Part shown: positions 21,401-29,025 of the stretch, in pieces
Layout: every line of letters starts with the position of its first letter
Position numbering within the stretch: position 1 is the stretch's first letter
Origin: Candidatus Latescibacterota bacterium
Lineage (GTDB): Bacteria > Latescibacterota > UBA2968 > UBA8231
NCBI GenBank assembly: GCA_965223905.1
Contig: CBDCXV010000010.1
Location: forward strand, 64,001 to 128,000
Direction of reading: 5' to 3'
Length of the DNA stretch: 64,000 bases
The notes under the pieces: model-generated
What the model saw: only the letters and a program-made list of their open reading frames with translations
What the model was told of the DNA's origin: nothing
Database searches by the model: none
Made by a program: the position numbers and the translations under genes

Positions 21401-21601
21401 ATGATCTACTGCGTGGCAGTGAAGAAGTACGAAGAATGGCACTGGAGCGTCAAAGACGAAGAGGACCGCCTGTGCTACACGACAACCGCCCGCACCAACG
21501 CGAATGCGGTGGCGGAGTTCCTGTCGGACCCAAGGACGCCTCATTTCGAGGGCATGAAGGCATGGATTGCCGACGTGACCGAAAACCGAAAGGACGGGTA
21601 G
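21401..21601 (+). CDS. Small hypothetical protein
   Basis: SD AGGAGAGG; 66-aa ORF. Confidence 0.55.
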   Translation: MIYCVAVKKYEEWHWSVKDEEDRLCYTTTARTNANAVAEFLSDPRTPHFEGMKAWIADVTENRKDG

Positions 21602-21603
21602 CA

Positions 21604-22206
21604 ATGGACATGGAACGGATGATCTATCCGAACCCGACGCAGGTGAAAATCGACGTGATTCAGCATCTGCGGAAAGCGGCTGAGTTCCTCACCTTGGAAC
21701 ACCTCACGAGAACCCACCCGTCCAACGTGGCTGCCTGCCTGTTGCGGGAGACCTACGTCGGCGGCTCGATGCTCGCCGATTACGTGGCTTCCTCGCTCGG
21801 GGAGCACCTCGTCGAGACGCTCGGGCTGACCGAGGCGCGCCTCGATTGGGACCCGGACGAAAGCGTGTGGCTGGTGCATCACTTGGCCATGGAGCAGGAG
21901 ACGTTCTACGGCGGGTACAACTCATACGCGGAGATGCTACAGGCGATGGCGACAAGCGGAGGGATGGCCGTGTTCGCCTCTGATGGAGCCTGGGAGCGTA
22001 TCCGGCAGCTCGACCTCATGGACACCCCCGGAGCCGAACAGCTCACAGGAGAGCCCCTGGTAGAGCGCATACGGGAGATCATGCGAGGCGCGGGGGCGAG
22101 CATCCGGGGAGGCGGGCGTGCCGGCGAGCTCGCCGCGTTGGCCATCTACCGGGCAAGCGGGCAGTTCGCTTACAAGGACCTCACTCCAAAGGAGCAAGGG
22201 TTGTAG
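21604..22206 (+). CDS. Hypothetical protein (paralog B)
   Basis: MDMERMIYPN...GELAALAI shared with 20642-21259. Confidence 0.75.
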   Translation: MDMERMIYPNPTQVKIDVIQHLRKAAEFLTLEHLTRTHPSNVAACLLRETYVGGSMLADYVASSLGEHLVETLGLTEARLDWDPDESVWLVHHLAMEQETFYGGYNSYAEMLQAMATSGGMAVFASDGAWERIRQLDLMDTPGAEQLTGEPLVERIREIMRGAGASIRGGGRAGELAALAIYRASGQFAYKDLTPKEQGL

Positions 22207-22277
22207 CGGCGAGGGGGCGGAAGGCTACGGTCCTCCGCCTAAACCCACAGCCGGTGCCCCAAGTGCCGGCGCAACCC
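22198..22277 (+). ncRNA. Putative type-P5 twister ribozyme 5
   Basis: P5 GGGTTGT/GCAACCC; GAGGGG-[GCGGAAGG/CCTCCGC]-CTAA; L4 GCCCCAAGT (CCCC can pair with GGGG); predicted cut at 22240/22241. Confidence 0.72.
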
Positions 22278-22290
22278 ACAGGAGGAACGG

Positions 22291-23052
22291 ATGAAGTCAT
22301 TGGATGAGTGCCACGACCTGCTCGTGCAGGGAGTGAGAGAGAGGAAGAAAGAGCTGATCGAGGAGGCCCGCAACGAGGCGGCGCCGTGGTCCCTGCCCAA
22401 GATCGTGCTGAGCATGACCGGCGTGGATCTCGTCGGAACCAAGGGACACGGAAGCAACTACCTCCCGAAGGACGGCGAGCCCACCAGCGAGGTTGTCGAC
22501 CGGATCGCGATGGCCCTGTGCGGGTCGATCTTCATCGCCGACACCCTCGACAACGAGGCGAGGGACATCATTCAGAGCCGCATCTCCCTGTTGGATCAAT
22601 GGGCAGAAACGGAGAATCTGGAGACGGCGGCTCGGTTCCTGATCGAGAACCGTTGCGAGCGCAAGGTGCCGGCGACGACGGCCGCTGATTCCATCCTGTT
22701 GCTGAAGCCCTTCGTTTTTCCGCGCTACATCTCCGAGGCGGTGAAGGCGTACACCGAGCGCATCAGGCAGCACAACCGGAAGCTGATGCAGGAGGAGGAG
22801 GAGAGGGTGAGAGCGAGGCGGGCAGAGCAGGAAAACCGCGTTCACCTCGACATCATGCGAAACGGCCACTCTCTCGCCGCAGCCACCTTGAAGGGGCCGG
22901 GGGCGTGGGACATCGCCGAGGTGCTCTGCAAGAGCTTGGCGAGCGGTCCCCAATTCAGCGACTCGTTCCTGCGAATCACGTCGGGTCCCGAAAGCCGCGA
23001 GATCCCTCTTGATCTCGGCGGCAAGTTCGATGAGGAAGAGGAAGAAGAATGA
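22291..23052 (+). CDS. Hypothetical protein
   Basis: SD AGGAGG; 253-aa ORF with an acidic tail. Confidence 0.7.
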   Translation: MKSLDECHDLLVQGVRERKKELIEEARNEAAPWSLPKIVLSMTGVDLVGTKGHGSNYLPKDGEPTSEVVDRIAMALCGSIFIADTLDNEARDIIQSRISLLDQWAETENLETAARFLIENRCERKVPATTAADSILLLKPFVFPRYISEAVKAYTERIRQHNRKLMQEEEERVRARRAEQENRVHLDIMRNGHSLAAATLKGPGAWDIAEVLCKSLASGPQFSDSFLRITSGPESREIPLDLGGKFDEEEEEE

Positions 23053-23205
23053 AACCGACTCCTCCCCGTGGAGGAACAGGACCGGGGGGGGAGTGATGAA
23101 TCCAGACTGGCAAGAATCGCCTTGCAAGGGGGAGGGGGAAGGACTGCGAGGGTCCTCCCCCTCCCGAACAACAACCACTCATCCCGAGAAGGAGAATGGA
23201 TAGCC

Positions 23206-23934
23206 ATGAAGATGCACAACTCCGCAGACCGCGTCACCTGCGCCCGTGAGGCGCCCGGCGCCGGCAGGGTATCGGAGGCCGGCCCGGTGTACGACGGCCC
23301 TCTGGCGGCTCCTACGTGCCGCGAGCGGCTGATTTCGGACGGTCCCGAGTCGATGCGCGATTCGGAACTGCTGACCGTCGCCCTGGGTAGTACGGAAGAG
23401 GACGCCCGCGAGATCGTCGAGCGCTTCGACTTCGGCGAGCTGGTCAACCTGAGCGTCGACAAGCTCGCCAACCTGAGCGGCGTCACCTCCTGCCGCGCGG
23501 CGCGGCTGCTGGCCGCCGTCGAGATCGCCCGCCGGGCGCTGAATCGCGGCATCGGCATCCTGCCGGTGATTACGACGCCCGTCGAGACGATTCCGCTGCT
23601 GGCCGACATCAAGGACGAGCTCAAGGAGTTCTTCGTCTGCCTGTATCTGAACGCCCGCAATCAGGTGATCCACAAGGAGGTCGTCAGCATCGGCTCGCTG
23701 TCGGCGTCCATCGTCCACCCCCGCGAGGTGTTCCGGATCGGCGTGGCCAAGTGCGCGGCTTCGGTCATCCTCGCCCACAATCATCCCTCCGGGGACGTGT
23801 CGCCCTCCAAGGACGACATCGACCTGACGCACAGGCTGCGGGAGGCCGGGCTCATCATGGGCATCGAGGTGCTGGACCACATCATCATCGCCCGCTCGGA
23901 TTTCTGCAGCCTGAAGGAGACCGGGATCGTATGA
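23206..23934 (+). CDS. radC: RadC-family JAB-domain protein
   Basis: RERL...DSELL, EFFVCLYLNARNQVI, VHPREVF, HNHPSGDVSPSKDD and VLDHIII. Confidence 0.93.
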   Translation: MKMHNSADRVTCAREAPGAGRVSEAGPVYDGPLAAPTCRERLISDGPESMRDSELLTVALGSTEEDAREIVERFDFGELVNLSVDKLANLSGVTSCRAARLLAAVEIARRALNRGIGILPVITTPVETIPLLADIKDELKEFFVCLYLNARNQVIHKEVVSIGSLSASIVHPREVFRIGVAKCAASVILAHNHPSGDVSPSKDDIDLTHRLREAGLIMGIEVLDHIIIARSDFCSLKETGIV

Positions 23935-24116
23935 GCAAGACAACGGCTTTTCCACCTGAGCGGATCGAGAAGGCGGCGAGGATCTACCACTCGACCGGCG
24001 ACGCGGCGGCGGCCCTCGGGATCGCCCCGTCCAGCTTCGGCCGTCTGTGTCGGCGCTACGGCATCGCCACCCCCGGCCAGCGGCGCCAGGCTCGCCGTGA
24101 GACGGGCGGCAACTGA
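23931..24116 (+). CDS. Small Fis-type helix-turn-helix protein
   Basis: IEKAARIYHSTGDAAAALGIAPSSFGRLCRRYGI. Confidence 0.7.
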   Translation: MSKTTAFPPERIEKAARIYHSTGDAAAALGIAPSSFGRLCRRYGIATPGQRRQARRETGGN

Positions 24117-24369
24117 AACCAAGGAGCAGGGGGGGGCCATGTCGAGCCCTCCCCTGCCTTCCCGTCAATCGACAATCGACTGAGGAAGGTTCACCTGATG
24201 GCCCCTTACGACAACGGGCAATACAACCAGAACGGCAACCGCTGACGGGGCTTCCCCCCCGAGGCGCCGGTGTCGCCCGTTGTCGAGGGGTACGCGGGCA
24301 AAAAGCTTTCTCGTCGAGCCGGAAACCGGAGTTGGAATCTTTCCCGAAGGGGAACAATCTTTGGGAAGA

Positions 24370-24569
24370 ATGAGAAACGAGGAAATGGGCGAAGAAGAGA
24401 GCCGGAAACCCCACACGCCGCAGGATTTCGAGGCCGCCGCCGCCGTCGATCAGGAGGCCGCGGCTCGTCGGCGGCGGGAAAGCGAGCTGTTCAAAAGCGG
24501 CAGTGGATCGAGCGCAACAGGCAAGCGAATCTGGCCCGGCGCATCCTCAACCGCCTGCTCCGCGCATAG
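24370..24569 (+). pseudogene. Small hypothetical protein, frameshifted (paralog remnant at ~26113-26283)
   Basis: TPQDFEAAAAVD...RRILNRLLRA versus PRDFETAAALD...RRLLNRLLRA. Confidence 0.45.
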
Positions 24570-24637
24570 CTCTGCGGTTGTGACGACGGGAGGACGGACG
24601 GGTTGCGAGAGAAATACCCAACAGGGAAGGAAAGACC

Positions 24638-25162
24638 ATGAAGAAGTGCAGTGAATGCAATAACCCCATTCCAGAGGACCGGCTGAAATTGCAACCGAAC
24701 GTCAAGACCTGCTCGGACATCTGCTCAGCGATGCGCCAAGGGTCGAAGGGCAACCAGCGCTCGAAGTCCTATCGTCAGCGCGTTCGGAAGAGCCTGGGGG
24801 AGCTCGAACACGTTCCTCTGGTCGAGGACACCACCTTGATCGTCCGCCGTGGCCACGTCGTCGGGTGGCAACCGGAAGGAGAGGGGTGGAAACTGGTCGC
24901 AGTGGTTCGCGCAACGCATGAGGGCAGGGCAACCCATGTCTGCCCCGTCAGTTCCTGGGGACAGCAAAAAGCCACGTCGGCCACCCGGTTGTCGGGCGGG
25001 AAGATAGCCGTCCTGCCCCCCCAATGGGCTCAAGACCAGGAGTGGGTGAGGGACCTCGCCCAGGTATCATTTTCGGATTTGAAGGCTCTGGAAAAGTCGT
25101 TGGATACCCTGGCCCAGCGCCGCTCGTCCTCCGACTGCGCAGGTCAGGAAAGCGGGAGATAA
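24638..25162 (+). CDS. Protein with an N-terminal DksA/TraR-like C4 zinc finger (copy 1)
   Basis: CSECNNPIPEDRLKLQPNVKTCSDIC resembles the CxxCxxxIPxxRLxxxPxxxxCxxC motif. Confidence 0.65.
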   Translation: MKKCSECNNPIPEDRLKLQPNVKTCSDICSAMRQGSKGNQRSKSYRQRVRKSLGELEHVPLVEDTTLIVRRGHVVGWQPEGEGWKLVAVVRATHEGRATHVCPVSSWGQQKATSATRLSGGKIAVLPPQWAQDQEWVRDLAQVSFSDLKALEKSLDTLAQRRSSSDCAGQESGR

Positions 25163-25190
25163 ACTCACCCGGAAAACGGGGGATGTGCTT

Positions 25191-25649
25191 TCATTGGTCT
25201 TTGGAAATCACCTTTTCTATATACTCCTGGAAACGGTCACGAGTCCGGCCCTTGTTGTGGCAGTTGAGCTCGACAATGGCTTTCTGGTAGCCATCCCGGA
25301 GTGCCTGCTCAATCATGTCTCGTTTCGTGCACTTGGTTTCGGTTTTGTATTGGCCGATCCGCTCGTACAGTTTCGGGGTGAAGGCGATTGTGACTGGTTT
25401 GCGGTCTTCAACTACCGGCGCTATTACTAAGAAGTTGTATGTGCCCTCCTTCAATTCCAGTCGTTTCTGCCAGAGCTCGTTCAGCTTGTGTTGTCGGGCT
25501 ATCTCCAGGCCGTAGTGGATGCACAGGTACATGAAGACCTGCCGTGAAACCTGGCATTCTTGGGCTCGATCCCCCAAAAAGGCGACGAAATCAGGGGGGA
25601 GTCTGAAGGTAATTCTGATCGTTTTGTGCGGGGGAAGTTTTCGGACCAC
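25191..25649 (-). CDS. Putative tandem ribbon-helix-helix regulator
   Basis: Two RHH-like segments: RITFRLPPDF...VSRQVF and VTIAFTPKLY...TKRDMIEQAL. Confidence 0.5.
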   Translation of the reverse strand: MVRKLPPHKTIRITFRLPPDFVAFLGDRAQECQVSRQVFMYLCIHYGLEIARQHKLNELWQKRLELKEGTYNFLVIAPVVEDRKPVTIAFTPKLYERIGQYKTETKCTKRDMIEQALRDGYQKAIVELNCHNKGRTRDRFQEYIEKVISKDQ

Positions 25650-25728
25650 GGTGGTTCCTTTGTCGTTAATCGAGAGAATCCAAAGCCCCTTTTACGTCGA
25701 GCCTTTTCCACCCCAGCCCATCAACCAA

Positions 25729-25879
25729 GATTCTCTCGTAAAAACCCTACGTCGCTCAGAATGCCCGGTTTGTCATACAGCATATAGTGTATGCGTTGTC
25801 TTCTTTAGCCAATATATAGTGGTTCTCTAATGTGCTGAATCGCTGAACATCCTCAAAATGGGGTTTATACGGAGGAGTC
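25729..25879 (+). mobile_element. MITE copy 1 (151 bp)
   Basis: Imperfect 19-bp TIRs GATTCTCTCGTAAAAACCC / GGGTTTATACGGAGGAGTC; 6-bp direct repeat AACCAA on both flanks. Confidence 0.8.
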
Positions 25880-26336
25880 AACCAAGTAGACGCTTCGGAT
25901 ACTACCGAACTTTTGGGGGAATCGAAAAGCCTCCGACTGCGCAGGTCAGGAAAGCGGGAGATTTCGGCCTCCGGTCGAACCGGAGAGCGAGGGTTATAAG
26001 GTGCAGCCCCCCTGAAACGAAATGCAACTCCCGGCAGCCCCTCAGTTGAGGGACTGGCCTGCGACAGCGACCCGTCCGACTGCTTGCCGCCGCGGCGTCG
26101 CCTCCTGCACCCCTTACGCCACGGGATTTCGAGACCGCCGCCGCTCTCGACCTGAACGCCGCCGACCGCCGCCGCCAGGAAAGCGAGCGGCTCAAAGCGC
26201 TTTCTCTGCGGCGCCACCCGACCGAATCGGTGGGACGCCGCCTGCTCAACCGCCTCCTGCGCGCCCTGTCCGCCCTGCTGTGATAAGGGGGACGGGGACG
26301 GTCGGGAGGATACCAGGAAGGAACAGGGAGAGCACA

Positions 26337-26836
26337 ATGAAGAAGTGCACGGTATGTAGAAAGAACATTCCAGCCGCCCGGTTCAGAGCGCGGCCACACA
26401 CCAAAACCTGCTCGGTCGCCTGCTCCGGGATTCGCCAGGGGAACAAGGGCAGCAATCGCTCGAAGTCCTACCTCCAGCGCGTACGCAAAACCCTCGTGGA
26501 GGTCCCGCACGTGCCCCTGGTCGCCGGCACCGAACTGAAAGTCCGCAAGGGCCACGTCGTCGGCGTGAAGCACGCCGAGGGGGGCAGGTGGCACCTGGCC
26601 GTGGTGGTGCGCGCTACGCAGGAAGGCAAGGCGATTCATGCCTGTCCCGCCAGCGAATGGGCGACGACAAGTGCCACGCCGGCCACCCGGTTGGCCGGCG
26701 GGACGGTCGCCGTCCTGCCGCCCGAGTGGGCCGAGAATCAGGAGCTGGCCGTCGAGCTCGAGGAACAGCGGTCCCGTATCTGGAGGAACTGCGGCAGGCG
26801 GTGGTGGAACGGCGGGAGGCGGTGAGCCAGGGGTAA
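26337..26836 (+). CDS. C4 zinc-finger protein (copy 2), 1-nt deletion near 26771
   Basis: Paralog of 24638-25162. The duplicated tails at 27788 and 29074 read CGGTTCCCG where this copy reads CGGTCCCG. Confidence 0.6.
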
Positions 26837-26932
26837 AACCAGAACCTGCGCTGCGGGGCGGGGGCGGGCAGTCGTTGATCTTCCTCGATCAGCGGCTGCC
26901 CGCTTTTTGATTCAGGTCACCGCTCGCGGCTC

Positions 26933-26968
26933 GCTTCAATGAGGCCGGGATCCGAGGACCCCGGAAAG
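26933..26968 (-). CRISPR. Solitary full-length CRISPR repeat
   Basis: Exact 36-nt copy of the array repeat, ~970 bp from the array. Confidence 0.9.
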
Positions 26969-27031
26969 AAGCTCAACATCCCTTCAAGGGTAAATCGTTG
27001 TCGGACAGATAGTTACTTCAAAATCTGTATC

Positions 27032-27430
27032 TCATCGGGTTGAGGGAACTTCTTCGGATTCCTGCTCTTGCCTATCGAGGAAGTTCAGCACTTCCTTGTT
27101 ACCCTCCTCTTCAGCTTTTTTCCTGATTGCCTTTCGTTCCTTCTCCTGGCCGCGTTCCTCATTGCGCTTGAGAACGTAATCCCGAAGAGCGCCCATAGTG
27201 TCCCATCCTATTGTTACGGAATAGGTTATAACGATCCAGGACCCGGCAATTTCGGCTAGGCCTCTGATGAGTTGCTTTGAAGTACAAACTCCCTTCGCCC
27301 AAGTCGAATAGTCATAATGCTGAAATGTGATAGCATAGATCAGCCAGGACAGGCTCGAGAGAACGATCCACCCGATACAGAACCGTAGCCTTTGGCCTTC
27401 CTTGATACTCCAAATCGAGACAAGTCCCAA
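27032..27430 (-). CDS. Small membrane protein with a charged C-terminus
   Basis: Two hydrophobic segments followed by ERGQEKERKAIRKKAEEE; start uncertain. Confidence 0.5.
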   Translation of the reverse strand: MGLVSIWSIKEGQRLRFCIGWIVLSSLSWLIYAITFQHYDYSTWAKGVCTSKQLIRGLAEIAGSWIVITYSVTIGWDTMGALRDYVLKRNEERGQEKERKAIRKKAEEEGNKEVLNFLDRQEQESEEVPSTR

Positions 27431-27508
27431 TGGTATCCCTCACATTGGCTATCCCAGATGAAATAGGCTACCCCGAATCCATCAGGCTGCTGGCTTGCGT
27501 GTCTGGCG

Positions 27509-27537
27509 CTTTCTCCGAATCCCGGCCTCATTGAAGC
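27509..27537 (+). repeat. Inverted, internally shortened CRISPR repeat
   Basis: CTTTCTCCGAATCCCGGCCTCATTGAAGC: the last 19 nt are identical to the repeat 3' end, in the opposite orientation to the array. Confidence 0.75.
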
Positions 27538-27938
27538 ATCTTGCCCGAATGAGGTCCCGCTTATTTGCCAACTCCGGGGAGCTACCCCCGAGCGTGGGTC
27601 TGAGGCTGTTCTATTCAGCGAGAGGCCCGACAACGGGGCTCTGTACTGGTGATAGGCATCCGCCAAAATAGACACCTTATCCACAGACAACAACCCCTCT
27701 TTGACGGTCACGGGCATCCTCAGTACCCCTACGGCAGATATGCCGTTAGGGGTACTTCCTTTCAGTCTGAAAACAGGGGAGAAGCAAGGAACGGTAGCCG
27801 TCCTGCCGGCCGAGTGGGCCGAGAATCAGGAGCTGGCCGCCGAGCTCGAGGAACAGCGGTTCCCGTATCTGGAAGAACTGCGGCAGGCGGTGGTGGTGGA
27901 ACGGCGCATTCGGAGACGCGGAGCATTGCGTCCGACAT

Positions 27939-28854
27939 GCTTCAATGAGGCCGGGATCCGAGGACCCCGGAAAGCCGCGTAGGTAGTTGGCAATTCGAGG
28001 TGTACCAAGGGGCTTCAATGAGGCCGGGATCCGAGGACCCCGGAAAGGACCTTCGCGAAGAACTTCGCGATCTCGACGAGGAGGCTTCAATGAGGCCGGG
28101 ATCCGAGGACCCCGGAAAGACGGTCCGCTCGCAGCTTTCCCGCTTCTCCCTGCTGGCTTCAATGAGGCCGGGATCCGAGGACCCCGGAAAGCTCCTCGAA
28201 TGAGCTGTTTCGATTAATCGAGCTCATAGGTTGCTTCAATGAGGCCGGGATCCGAGGACCCCGGAAAGCCCGGACCCTGGGAACCAACAGCCACGGGAAC
28301 CAAGAGCTTCAATGAGGCCGGGATCCGAGGACCCCGGAAAGCGATCGGCTGGCCAACGGGTGGCGCGAAGTTTGTCCCGGCATTGCTTCAATGAGGCCGG
28401 GATCCGAGGACCCCGGAAAGTTGAGTGAAGACGCGGAGGATCGGCTCCGAAAGGGATTGCTTCAATGAGGCCGGGATCCGAGGACCCCGGAAAGCAGCTA
28501 TAAAGGAGGAATTTGGGGGAAAGACCTTAGCTTCAATGAGGCCGGGATCCGAGGACCCCGGAAAGTCGATGATTGGGCCAACTTCTCCTCCGGATACTCG
28601 CTTCAATGAGGCCGGGATCCGAGGACCCCGGAAAGGTGAGTATTGAATAGTCATCCTTTTCAATGTTACCAGCTTCAATGAGGCCGGGATCCGAGGACCC
28701 CGGAAAGTAGAAGAATCGCATGAGTTTTACATAGAAGAGGAACCTGGCTTCAATGAGGCCGGGATCCGAGGACCCCGGAAAGCAGCGCATCACCTATCGG
28801 CCGGAAGGGCCGGACGGCGCTTCAATGAGGCCGGGATCCGAGGACCCCGGAAAG
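27939..28854 (-). CRISPR. CRISPR array, 13 repeats / 12 spacers, type I-G (I-U)-like repeat, no cas genes in the window
   Basis: Identical 36-nt repeat CTTTCCGGGGTCCTCGGATCCCGGCCTCATTGAAGC with an internal hairpin and an ATTGAAGC end; unique spacers of ~34-43 nt. Confidence 0.97.
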
Positions 28855-29025
28855 GGCCGGCCCTGACAACCGCAGTAATCATAACACGTTACAGAAGGAA
28901 ATGCGAGAGGTTCGCAAAAGGTCTGTCGGGCTGCGGTCCATCCTCTGGCGGTGAGAGGGATAAGTCCTTGTCTTGCAGAGGCTGCGAGCGACGCCGGGAT
29001 TATTTTCACCGTTCCGCCGCTCGCC
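28855..29025 (-). promoter_or_regulatory. Putative CRISPR leader
   Basis: Non-coding flank at the repeat 5' end; includes GCGAGCG-type motifs recalled from I-G leaders. Confidence 0.55.

Noticed and set aside
18022-22290. HDV-like ribozyme or Rho-independent terminator reading of the intergenic repeats
   Set aside because: GG-stem-CTAA resembles HDV P4-J4/2, but no upstream P1/P3/L3 is conserved. No U-tracts follow the hairpins, and the L4 loop and pseudoknot complementarity fit twister better.
24178-24205. Hammerhead ribozyme at CTGAGGA-AGGT/ACCT
   Set aside because: The required GAAA after stem II is absent; the TGACGA (19389) and TGATGA (23094) sites also lack the core.
24638-27430. Cas genes next to the array
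   Set aside because: The neighbouring ORFs are short and show no recognisable Cas1/2/3, Csb, RuvC or HEPN motifs.
28783-28818. Self-targeting by the leader-proximal spacer
   Set aside because: Only a 12-nt match (CAGCGCATCACC at ~52447) was noticed, which is plausible by chance in GC-rich DNA; no full protospacer was seen by eye.
27701-29009. ORFs overlapping the CRISPR array
   Set aside because: They are translations of the repeats (FRGPRIPASLK, FNEAGIRGPRK).
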